Shown here piece by piece: positions 30,700 through 41,268 of a stretch of 64,000 nt of DNA. The translations under genes were made by a program, and so were the position numbers. A model generated the notes under the pieces. The model did not search any database and was not told where the DNA came from. It was given only the letters and a program-made list of their open reading frames with translations. The number at the start of each line of letters is the position of its first letter. Position 1 is the first letter of the stretch. Source of the stretch: a virus (lineage: Duplodnaviria; Caudoviricetes). The DNA is taken from positions 160,001 through 224,000 of IMG/VR virus record IMGVR_UViG_3300021255_002539. The stretch is one strand, 5' to 3'.

Positions 30700-33600
30700 T
30701 CAGTTGCCTCCATGGTTTTGCTCAGATGGGTTGTTTATCACGGTTCCACCAAATGCCCTCACGCACGCTGCTATTGCGTCCATGAAGCCTTGGGCTGTGG
30801 CGAAGTTGAATTCCTGACCAACGAGATCCTTGGTGGCGCATTCTTTACCGTCTATGGTTAGCTCTTCCACCTCTATTTCGTCTGTGGTTACGCCATCCTC
30901 CGCCAGTTCCTCCTTCGTGACAATCTCCTTGTCCAGATTGGATGTTGGTATCTTGCCATTGCCATCCACAATAGTCGTGTCCATGAACCTGAGAGAGTTG
31001 GACTGGTCGTTCGCCCTGGTCGAGAAGCCAATTTGCGTGGCTCCCTCCGCTGATGCCCTGGCCCCTTGTCCAATCGCAATCGAATCCTATGCTGTGGCCT
31101 GCGTAGGTGTGTTGTCACTGTACTTTCTGACACCTATGGCAATTGCTCCATCTGCAGTAGTTGTTGAATAGTCTCCAAGTGCAAGTTGGCGGGTCTTTAC
31201 ACTTGAGATTTGGGTGGACATTCCAATCCTCATGCTCTGCTTGCTGTCGTTGAACTCCATGTTCGCGGATGGAATGTTGCTGTCTACTGGATTGCCATTT
31301 GAATCCAGAGATGCGAGGTGGCCTGTGTGTCCCGTGCCAGCATTGATGGCAATGTCGGTATACGGGATGAACCTGATAGGCGTCATGGTACTATTGTCGA
31401 AAATGGAGATTTGAAACTCACCAAATTGAACTGTTTTTAGCCGCGAGATATCATGGAATACAAGGGTACCATCCATCGTCAGCGTTCCTGTCGCAGTCCC
31501 GTCGCTCTTGTCGAGCTTGCCCTCTAGAGCATCACTTATCTTCGTGGTGTCCTCTGCACTGACCGCGATGTCCTCGCCAGTCAGCTCCTCCCACGAGTAG
31601 AACTGAGCAGTGGCGATTGGCACGATGTTCGACCTTATGAAGTAGAAGTCTGGGTTGGAAGCACCCGATGGCAGAGAATACGCCGACATTCCGAAGTTTA
31701 CTGCGTCTCCTTCTGGTGTCTCTGAGAAGTCGAGTGTATAGTAGTTGCCACTTGACGCAAGTTCAACTGACCTTGGGAAGCTGAACACGACATCTGTGTT
31801 GGCAGTGTCGGGCCACACCGTCAGATTCGAAACCCCCAACACTTGCCCATCTGAGTACCTCTTGATTCGCATGTAGACCCCCTGTGGGAATGGGGTGCGT
31901 ATCGTGCTTCTGGTCCTGAGGACGATTCCCTTGAAGAGGTCTCCGTCCCTCATACCGAAGTACCTTGGTCGGAAGTATATAGGGTTGTTCGATGATCCCT
32001 GGTCTGCTGTCCAACCCTACTGTTGAGGTACTGCAAACGACCTCGCAAGCAAGGGCGACTCTGTGTCTATCTGGTCTTGGATGTCCTGGAGGGACTTCCC
32101 ACTGTCCGTCGGGTTGCCATGTTCGTCAAGCGCGGCGAGGTTGCCCTCATAACCAGACCCGGCGGTGAGAGCGAGGGTGCCGGACGTAGAGGGTGCAGCA
32201 AAGTAACGGACTCCGAGACCATCTCTGTGCACAAGGAAATTGCCTGAGGATGAAAGCAACGTTAAGTTGCTCGATTGTGTGTCTGAGACGGCAATTCCCT
32301 CGTCGGTAAGTGATATAGTTGTTTCGCCAAACGTCCCGCCGCTCTTGTCGAGCTTACCATCTATCGAGTTGCTGAGTTCCGAAATGTTCTGTCTGATGGC
32401 GGTGTCTGCGTTCGCCCTCGTTGTTGACTCTGCTGTGATGCGCTAATCAACCAACGAGAGTTTTGCCGAAACTGTGGTTGAGTCATTGTACGCGATGTCA
32501 GCGCCAGTCAATGTCACATCCGACGAGAGTGGTTGTCCGTTCACAGTGCGCGAGTTCGGGACGACATCGTTTTTCTTGGCAACTACGGTCTCGTCTATCG
32601 AAATCACGCCTGGACGCGCTATGTCGTCGGCGGTCGACCTGTCGTAGTAGACGGGCTTCGGCAACGACACCGTGTAGATGCGCCCGATAGTCGTGTTGAT
32701 GGTCTTAACCGTCTCGCCCGTCGGTATTGTGGTACTTCCATTCCACGAATAGACCGCGCTTCCAACATCGGCTGGCCCTATGGTGTATCGCAGTTCACGC
32801 TCTGTTGTAGTTCCCTCTACACCCCTGTAGGCATAGAGCTTGTTGGGGGTTTCGACAAGACCTGTGCCGACAGTGAAGTCGTCCTTCTTGGCGTCAAACT
32901 TGGCATTAACATCTTCAGCAAGCTTCGCCATCGTCACAGTCCCGTCGGTTAACTTGGCGCCGTGAAACGCATTTGTCTTGAAGTGCGTGCTGGTGATGCC
33001 GTTGTTTCCATCGCCTTGTAGCTTCGCATCGCTTATACTGTTGTTCGCGATCTTTTCGTTGGTGATCGCTTGATTGGCGATGTCGGTTGTCGTGATGGAC
33101 CCAGCTGATATTATTTGCGCCTTTGTCACTCCATGGGGGTTGTCTTTGTTGGAGATGTGGTTGGTCAATGTGGAGTCCAATTCCGAGAATCTGTCCTCCA
33201 ACCCAGAGACATCATCAATTTCGTGCGTATGACCCTCAAGGGATGGCTTCTTTCCATCTATCGTGATGTCCTTTGCGGATATCTCGTCCACCTGGAGACC
33301 ATCCACCAAATCCTCCATCTTCACATAGTCCACAAGTTCGGTCTCTATGGAATCGAGCGCCGTCTTGATTGTCCCACTTTCCAGAAGGTTCTTGCTGTTC
33401 GTGGTTGGGGCAGAATCGAACAAATTGTCCTTGAATTTCCCACGAGATATGGACTTGTCAGCCAAGTTCTCGTTCTTCACGCACTCTCTGGTCAAGTGGT
33501 TGGATGTTATGACACCATTCTTGTCGTCCAACTTCTTCGCCAATTCAACCGTCAATTCAGTTTTCTTCACGACAGAATCGACCTTCACAGGTATGATTGG

Positions 33601-35694
33601 CTTGAATGTGAATGTTATTGTTGACGCATTTGGAGGGGTGTATGTGAATGTACCAAGGTCGTCCAATGCTGGGTCAGGATATTCGTCTGTTCCAGGCTTC
33701 TTTGGTATCCTTCCCAGTACAGTGGTTCCCCCATTCGTCACCTCTCCTGTGGACTTGTTGTATACCAATGTGTAGCTGTATGTGGAAAAGAACCATTTGT
33801 ATGGGGTTTCTTCTGTTCCATCATATACATATGTTCCTGGGTTGGATCCATCCCTAATCCACTTCGTGTCCTGTATGCTGCCAGTGTTGTTCTGGTATAT
33901 TGCGCAGTCTCCAGAGATGAATGTGTCATTCCCGCCAGTTACAGGAAACAGCTTTCTTGCTTCAATCCCTATCTTCTGCACCAGACCACTTGTTATCCCC
34001 GAGTTGATGGCTGCCCATTGGTCTGCCGTGAAGGACGAGTTGTTCAATGTCCATTCGTACTCCCATTGGAATGTAGCTGGCTCCACGCCCTCTTCTGATG
34101 TCTTGACGCACTTGTACCTCTCAATCCTCTCGAACACAGTTGGTTCGCTGTCGTCGTGGGGTATCTCCACGAATGCGTAGTCGTTGTCGTCGTAGGTGAG
34201 GTGCTTGGCGTCTATTGCCTCCTGCAGCTTTTCTGCGATTTGCTCGTGTGTTGCTGTATTGGGAAGTCCAAGGTTCTCGTGGTTGTTGTACGTTCCCTTG
34301 AAGCTCGCTGTGTTCGTCTGGATGGACGAATTCACGAAGACCTTGTCGGCCAGTTCGTTCCCATCCTCGTATGCTTGGTCTGGTATCACGCCTTGGATTG
34401 AGGACAATGTGCTGTCAACTTCTACGAACTTGTCGTCTATCTCGCCAAACTTCTCATCGACATGCTCCGACAAGTTGGATATTGTGGAATTCACTTGGTT
34501 GAATCCCTCGCGCATCTCCTCCCTTGTCGCCTCGTCTTCCTCGTCAACATATTCCCTCAGTTGGGATATTGTGGAATCCACCTAATCGAATCTGTCATCT
34601 GTGTATTCGCGCAGCTCTTGTATGTCGCCATCAAGTCGGTCAACCTCGTCGTCGACGTGCTTTGACAGATTGGATATGGTGGAATCAACTCGCTCGAACC
34701 TGTCGTCGGTGTACTCCCTGAGGTCAGATATCGTGCTGTCCAGACGGGCTATCTCATCCTCCACATGTTCACCCAAGGTGGATATTGTGCTGTCAATGCG
34801 CTCGACCTCGTTGTACACGCCACCACTGGATATTGGTCTGTCTGACCCATCAACTGGCGCATCGTCTATAACCAGCCTGTCGTTGGGTATCTTGCAGTTG
34901 CCGGCGCCATCTTCCTCCACCACGATGTGTCCCTTGTACGCCAGGGAGTTGGGGGTGTCGTTCGTCCCTGTGCCGAGTTCCACAGCATTGTCGCCAATTG
35001 CGGTTGCCTCGTATCCAAACGCCAACGCCCCACTTTCGGAGCTTTCAACCATCGCCCTTCTGCCAGCAGCCACATTCTTGCCATTCTTCCAAGACACGAA
35101 CATTGGCTCGTCGTGCGCCCTGCCAGCAGGAGCCACTATCCTGTCCTCGTTCAACCCACCTTCTGGCCCCAGCCTGTAGCCAAGCAGGTTCTCGTCTGTC
35201 CTCTCTGCGGCAATCTCGTCAATCCCGGTGGCAACCTTGTCAATCTCGTCGTCGTACCATTGGAGGTTGATCGAGGTTGAACTGCCCTTTGGTTGGGTCA
35301 CGGCCCTCCAGTCCTATGTTCCATCGTCGAACTTGACTTCCCATCTTCCATCGTTGCGCAGCACCATCTTGAGTTCGTGCCCGTACGCATCGAACTTCGG
35401 AACCACCTCCCACTCTCCAAATGCTGGCTCCCTTTTGTCTATCTCAATTGGGAACAACTCGACATGCTCTGTGAGGTCAACTACCCTTCTGCCACCTTCT
35501 GCTGTCGGCGTTATGTTCTTGCCATCCACCCTTACATCGCCAACGAATATGTCCCGGACATCCTTGGTCTCGTTCGTGTTTGGGTTCCTGGACATGATTG
35601 TGCCGTGGAACTCGTTGTCCTTGTTGGTGAACTTCACCTGCTCGGTCGACTCGTTGCCAATTGGGTTTACGGAAATGTATTTCTTCTCAGCCAT
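30700..35694 (-). CDS. Long tail fibre/adhesin-like protein (1664 aa, 5 TAG=Gln)
   Basis: One frame across TAG 35314, 34582, 32443, 32017, 31087; YadA-head-like A.A.G repeats, DSTIS coiled-coil repeats, GHTH, NPHGVT, RTVNGQPLSSDVTL fibre motifs. Confidence 0.85.
34390..34815 (-). repeat. ~18-aa coiled-coil repeats ([VIL][DN]ST[IS].L.E[HY][VT]D) in the fibre
   Basis: DSTIS/NSTIS/DSTLS occurs six times, mostly at 18-aa spacing. Confidence 0.75.
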
Positions 35695-35738
35695 CTTTGT
35701 GTACCTCAATGGGTTTTGTGCTATTGCGTTTTCCATTG

Positions 35739-35770
35739 TATTTACAATTTCGGACCTCCAAAGGTAAATA
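35739..35770. promoter_or_regulatory. Back-to-back late promoters, 16-bp spacer
   Basis: TATTTACA-atttcggacctccaaa-GGTAAATA. Confidence 0.75.
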
Positions 35771-35780
35771 CAACATAGTT

Positions 35781-37346
35781 ATGGCAGACGAAACCGACAA
35801 CAAAGTGTACTTCAACGAGTTCTTCGAGAGCTATCCCAGTCTTCCGAAGGAGGAATTGAGGAAGTGGCTGGAGGAGAAGCGCAGGCACAAGCCCTCCTTT
35901 GTGGAATACCCATGCGTCAACAACCTCACGAGGAGGGACATATGGGAGGACAGGGCGAAGTTCTACTTCCTGCCATTCCTCATCAACTGCTACAAGTTCA
36001 CCAAGTTCCAGAAGCTGCCATATTTCGCAATCCCAGTATCCCCAACCTGCATGTTCTACAGGGACAGGCTGCACCAACGCAACTTCATGGACACCATATG
36101 GCAGGCGTTCTTCAAGTGTCTGGACATGTGCATCCCACAAGGCGAGAAGATAATGCTTTTGGTGCAAAAGAGGTTCCATGTGTTCAACCCAATTGATGGC
36201 GGGACACAACAGCTCTACAACATGTTGTGGGATGTAGACCTATCCCCTGTGGCGAAGAGCGTTCTGCTCCCTCCACCACAAATGGGTATGATGTCAGGGA
36301 GGATGGGAATTCCAGGACTTGTTGGTACATCCACCACAGAGAACAAACTGGGTTGGGACAGAGACGACTTGAACCCAGATGTGCCAGAAGAAGGTGTTGA
36401 GTTGATGAGGACGACACTCTGGTTGATGGACGACCTCGAATTCCTCTGCAAGAGGTACGACATATGTGATCAGTACCACTCGAAGGAGGTAATAGACTTG
36501 TCCAAGTACCCAGAGGAGAAGTGGCCGATATACGAGAAGACAGCCAGGGACTTCTACTTCAAGGTGTTCGAGCCAAAGGACAACCCAGACGACCCAGACG
36601 AACCATCTGCTTCATCTGATTCAGATTGGGATTCGTCAGACGACGACTTCGATCCAATAAGCACAGAGACAGACTTGCTGGATTCAACGACAGACTTCAA
36701 GGAGGACGAAGAGGAAATGAACCGTATAATATCGTTTTTCGCCAAGATGCCAAAGGTGACGAAGCTCGTTCAGGGCATGCTTGACATGATGGGGGCGTTG
36801 ACGCGCATTCTGCCCCTGGTGATAATGAAGATAGACGACCCGAAGTTGAAGGGGGCGTTGGAGAGAACCATCAACATATTGGGCGTTGGCATAACCAAGA
36901 CGCTCAAGATATGCGGCTATCTGGGCATAAAGGTTCAGAGAAAGCAGGGAGACGCGATAAGCCAGATAGTGAAGAACAGGTTCAACAAGAACAAGAACAA
37001 GCAGGACTTCCTGGAGTACGAGATAGAGGAATTGGACAAGTACATCGAGGAACTGGGGAAGATTGACGATGGCAAGGATGACGAGGACGAAGACGACGAG
37101 GATGGCAAGCACATGAAGGGTCAGATACCAGTCATCGTCAAGCAATCCGACCTCTATCCCCAGAAGATGCCATTGCGCCCACATGGACCACAACCAGACC
37201 ACGCAATCGTAGTCCCAGTCAAGGATGGCAGGATAGTTGACAAGGAAGGAAAGCCGTTGCCACCCCCACCACCAAAGATCAAGTGGATAACGGACGAGGA
37301 TGGCAAGAAAAAGAAAAGGGAGCCGGATGGCGAGTGGAACACCTGA
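35781..37346 (+). CDS. Late hypothetical protein (521 aa) with acidic and Pro-rich segments
   Basis: ATG 35781 after late promoter; phage-typical codon usage. Confidence 0.7.
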   Translation: MADETDNKVYFNEFFESYPSLPKEELRKWLEEKRRHKPSFVEYPCVNNLTRRDIWEDRAKFYFLPFLINCYKFTKFQKLPYFAIPVSPTCMFYRDRLHQRNFMDTIWQAFFKCLDMCIPQGEKIMLLVQKRFHVFNPIDGGTQQLYNMLWDVDLSPVAKSVLLPPPQMGMMSGRMGIPGLVGTSTTENKLGWDRDDLNPDVPEEGVELMRTTLWLMDDLEFLCKRYDICDQYHSKEVIDLSKYPEEKWPIYEKTARDFYFKVFEPKDNPDDPDEPSASSDSDWDSSDDDFDPISTETDLLDSTTDFKEDEEEMNRIISFFAKMPKVTKLVQGMLDMMGALTRILPLVIMKIDDPKLKGALERTINILGVGITKTLKICGYLGIKVQRKQGDAISQIVKNRFNKNKNKQDFLEYEIEELDKYIEELGKIDDGKDDEDEDDEDGKHMKGQIPVIVKQSDLYPQKMPLRPHGPQPDHAIVVPVKDGRIVDKEGKPLPPPPPKIKWITDEDGKKKKREPDGEWNT

Positions 37347-37428
37347 TTATATGACTTTTATTTAAAAGCATAATGAATTATTCAAATTCATCATTTGATT
37401 TTAACAATTTCAATAATATTTTCAACTG

Positions 37429-38394
37429 TCACTTTCCATATCTAATGATGGAATCATCGTCAAAAGCATTATCTGAAATTTCTGGGTTTCCGAGGATTCT
37501 GACCTCTTTTAGTTTTTCGCAATCAGCAAATGCAAGAGTTCCAATGTATGTTACACTCTTTGGTACCGTCACGGATGTTAATTCAGGACAGCACTAAAAC
37601 ATCTAACTATGAATCCTTTCTATATTGTTAGATAGTTTAACATTCATTAAACTAGAACATCCAGCAAATTCGGCACATCCCATTTCCATTACACTATTTG
37701 GAATCTTTATGCTCGTAAGGCTACTGCAATCATGAAAAGTATAACCAATAAACTTAATTACACTATCTGGAATTACTACATTTTTCAAATTTTTGCATTT
37801 CTCAAACGCGCACAATCCTATCTCCTCGACCCCATAGGGAATAATCACTTTTTCAAGACTCTCGCAATATCTGAACGCCTCTTGCCCAATGCTTTTTACG
37901 CTGTCAGGAATAATTACTTTGGTGAGACTTTCACAAAGTGCAAATGTACCTTGTCTAATGTATTGTATTCCTGATGGAATCGTTATTTTTTTAAGGCTTT
38001 TGCAACAACAAAACGCCATCCTGCCAATATTTGATACATTGGGTGGTATTTCTACTTTGATGAGATTATTGCAGTCATAAAACGCATAATCTCCGATACT
38101 TTCCACCGAGTCTGGAATTACAACTTTGCTCAAACGGTAGCACTCGTAGAACGCTTTGTTACCAATGGATTTGACTCCGCTTGGAATTACAGCAATTCTT
38201 CTCTTTCCATTATATTTCACCAAAACACCATTGTCAATATCAAATTCACCATCAGACTCGTTAAACTTCAGTATTTTTCCCTTGTCCGTCTTGAACAGAT
38301 TTCCTGATTCGGAGACATATTCAAGCTTGCCGTACTTCTCCGTGAAGTATTGGCTTTTCTGAAAAGCCTCCTTCGTTATGTTCAATTTCTTCAT
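37429..38394 (-). CDS. 47-aa conserved leader fused to a BspA-type (LRR_5) leucine-rich repeat protein (321 aa, 2 TAG=Gln)
   Basis: Repeats V.IP.SV..IG..AF..C..L continue through TAG 37603 and 37594 to TGA 37429; AT-rich cargo. Confidence 0.85.
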
Positions 38395-38428
38395 TGTTTG
38401 TTTCCTCAATTGGTTATTACTATTTACA

Positions 38429-39379
38429 TTAAACTATCTTCAAGACCTGACCTGGCTTTATCACATCTGACTTGAGGCCGTTGAGCTGCTTTATCTGCTC
38501 GACCTTCTTCATGTTCTTGCCAGCGATGGCATAGAGGGTGTCGCCATCCTTGACAGTGTATTCCTTGGTTTTGGTGGAGGCGACCATTTGTGGCACATGT
38601 GTCTGGTGTGTGGGTTTCTGCAGCTTCTTCCTCAAGTTGCTGGCGTGCCTTGTTTGATCCTTTAGTTCGCCCACGATGTGGTGTCCTACAGTCTCTGGCT
38701 CAATCAACTGGGATGCCCAATACGGACTGCACTTCTTTGGGTTGTAGTATGCGTTCCACTTGTCGTTTTCAGGCGTGTAAGTCCCATCTACTGCCTAAGT
38801 TGCCAGATCAACGCATGTATTCCATAGGTTGTACTCCTTCCCATGTCCTGTTTTCACGCATTTCGGGAACTTTATCTCGTAGGTGGATGGCTGCTTCTCT
38901 GACTTTGGTTTGCCGTTCCAGCACGAGAATTGAGATGGTCTAAGGCATTCCTCAGCCAATTGACTTGCCATTCCACCACCCGCTCTGTTCCAAATCACAG
39001 TCATTGACATATTAAGCCCAGCCTTGCCATCTTCCCTTGCCTCCATGTACAATGTCCTTGCGACTATGTTCAGTATCTGGGATCTCCTCCATCTTCCTAT
39101 CCTGGGATCCTCGACCTTGGACTTCTCCACGGCGTCTGCTATGTCCTGCTTCGTTACAGTCGCCCGTCCTCCTTGCTCAGCCTGCTTGTTAGCCTTTGCC
39201 ACCTTGCCAAGCTCCTGCTTGAATTCTGCCGCATTCACTATTCCAGACGATCCAAGCAGAAACGCCAGTGCCCCAAGTGAAATCAGATTTCCGATTCCCT
39301 CCTGCACAAGCTCTTCGTCGACTATGTTCAAAACGATGTCGTCCAGGTTTTCCTGTGGTTCTATTCTCTTCCAGCCCAT
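38429..39379 (-). CDS. SleB-like cell-wall hydrolase (Hydrolase_2) plus LysM (316 aa, 1 TAG=Gln)
   Basis: ARTLYMEARE, VIWNR, QFSCWN, YYNP..W, VGHH; C-terminal YTVKDGDTLYAIA..IKQLNGL..IKPGQVLKI; joined across TAG 38795. Confidence 0.85.
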
Positions 39380-39403
39380 TCTCGTAGTATCTCCGTTTTG
39401 CCC

Positions 39404-39435
39404 TATTTACCATTTCGCGCCATCCATTGTAAATA
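39404..39435. promoter_or_regulatory. Back-to-back late promoters, 16-bp spacer
   Basis: TATTTACC-atttcgcgccatccat-TGTAAATA. Confidence 0.75.
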
Positions 39436-39468
39436 CAATAGAACCAACAACATTACAGGTGAACTACA

Positions 39469-40539
39469 ATGGCATTTGACACGACAAACAACAAGGCGAC
39501 AAGGCTTGCCCCAGATGGGATAGTCCAGGTTGATGATGGGACTGGCGGGAACAATGGAACAGAACTGACCAACTTGGTTCAGCAAACAGTTGACTCGAAT
39601 GTGATTGCCACGCAGTCATGGGTATCGAGGCTATTGCGCAGGTTTTGTTGGTGGACGAAGGTGTTCCACACGGATGTGCTTCATGTCGCCACCGAGACCC
39701 ACACACCCTACCTCAAGTCTGACACGATTGAGTCCAACGACATCTACGCGAAGGGCTTGACATTGGTTGGGGAGAATGGCGCGATGGTGAGGCTTTCCAT
39801 TGGACCAGATGGCAGGTTGAATATATCCGACACCTTCTGCGATGTGTTCGTCTACCCCACCAACAATGTGTTCGTGAGGGAATACCTCTATCGGGACCAC
39901 GAGAAAGTGGCGAAGAACTTCATCGGGCTTACTGAGTGGCAGGTTCTCTTGAACTTCGTGCCATTCGTCAATTGCAGAAGGGTTCAGCACAATGGGTACA
40001 CATGCCAGTTCCTCTGCCGCTCCGATGGCGAGGACGACTTGGTGAACCACACTTTGCTCTTCACGATGCACACAAACAAGGTCGCAAAGGATGTCGTTGT
40101 CGTGGACGAGGATGGGAACGAGGTGCAGAGGTTTTCGCTTCCAGAGCAGGATGGCATAAGGCAGCTCACGGTGAACCTGCCACACTTCAAGAACCCAAAC
40201 ACAGGTGAGATAGTCAATGTGCCCCTGCCAAAGGTGGATCCAACTTGGACTGGCACCGACACCACAGCTGTGTTCCCATCCCCAATTCCACCTCCAAGTT
40301 GCTCTGGGTTCGTACCTCCACCAGCAAGTGGCACCCTTCCTGAGCCAACATACCCTGGGGACGACATCTTCAACGACGATTCTGATGTGGACTATGGGCA
40401 ATTGGATCCAGATGTGGACTACGAGGTCCTGAACGAGGTGTACTCCACCAACACCTACTACAACATCGTCCTCAAGAGAAGCGACTTCCCACACGCGGCG
40501 AAGACGCTGTTCCTTTTGGTCGAGACAACCCCAGGCTAA
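39469..40539 (+). CDS. Late hypothetical protein, probably structural
   Basis: Long ORF after late promoter; ATQSWV fibre-like motif. Confidence 0.65.
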   Translation: MAFDTTNNKATRLAPDGIVQVDDGTGGNNGTELTNLVQQTVDSNVIATQSWVSRLLRRFCWWTKVFHTDVLHVATETHTPYLKSDTIESNDIYAKGLTLVGENGAMVRLSIGPDGRLNISDTFCDVFVYPTNNVFVREYLYRDHEKVAKNFIGLTEWQVLLNFVPFVNCRRVQHNGYTCQFLCRSDGEDDLVNHTLLFTMHTNKVAKDVVVVDEDGNEVQRFSLPEQDGIRQLTVNLPHFKNPNTGEIVNVPLPKVDPTWTGTDTTAVFPSPIPPPSCSGFVPPPASGTLPEPTYPGDDIFNDDSDVDYGQLDPDVDYEVLNEVYSTNTYYNIVLKRSDFPHAAKTLFLLVETTPG

Positions 40540-41250
40540 TCAATCCACCAACCCAACTTCCTCTGGTCTGGGAAACCCAAGCTTGAACACCTCTTCTGGG
40601 GTGATGTTATCCTTCTTTGGGTCCAGATGCACGACTCCATCTATGTACTGGAACGTCGTGTACCATGTGAACCCATGTTGGTTGCTCATGGATGTGCCAA
40701 CTTGGTTGTACTGGATGAACAGGTTCCTCTTCGACGCCAATATCCTGCCTCTGTCGATGCAGGTGTTGTTGATTGCCCAGAATGGCGCGTCAGACACATG
40801 GTACTTGTCGAAGGTGTCCAGGAACCTGCCATATCCACCCTTGAACACGATGTAGGCGTGGGTGCCATATCCAACGAACCCCTCTATGAACTGGTCTGAC
40901 TCGCCGTCCTTCTTCCAATTACACGAGTTCCCCAGTACCAGGGAGTCGCAATCAGGAACATCAGAGAGCAGGTCCTTCAGATGGTCAACCACGCCATTGA
41001 TCGGCCAGGCGTCGTCCTCGAACACGCACACGAAGTCCCAATTGCGCTTCTTTGCATATTCCACGATGCCCTTGTGCGATTGGCAGCAATTGTACACTGG
41101 GGAATTCCACCACTCTGAATGACCTGTCCATTTCTTGGGCAGTGGACAGAGATTGTGGTGCTTGAACACCTGCTTGAATGTCCTGTACCTGCAATCGTCT
41201 ATGGTCAACACAAACGAGTGCTTCAGTAGTTCCTTTAGTTCGATTCTCAA
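40540..41250 (-). CDS. Glycosyltransferase family 25-like
   Basis: C..SH, VFEDDA, GTHAYIV; TTG start with AAGGAG. Confidence 0.7.
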   Translation of the reverse strand: MRIELKELLKHSFVLTIDDCRYRTFKQVFKHHNLCPLPKKWTGHSEWWNSPVYNCCQSHKGIVEYAKKRNWDFVCVFEDDAWPINGVVDHLKDLLSDVPDCDSLVLGNSCNWKKDGESDQFIEGFVGYGTHAYIVFKGGYGRFLDTFDKYHVSDAPFWAINNTCIDRGRILASKRNLFIQYNQVGTSMSNQHGFTWYTTFQYIDGVVHLDPKKDNITPEEVFKLGFPRPEEVGLVD

Positions 41251-41268
41251 GTTCGCGCTCTCCTTTCG

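Noticed and set aside
34390-34815. CRISPR array
   Set aside because: Degenerate in-frame coding repeats of a coiled coil, not identical repeats with unique spacers
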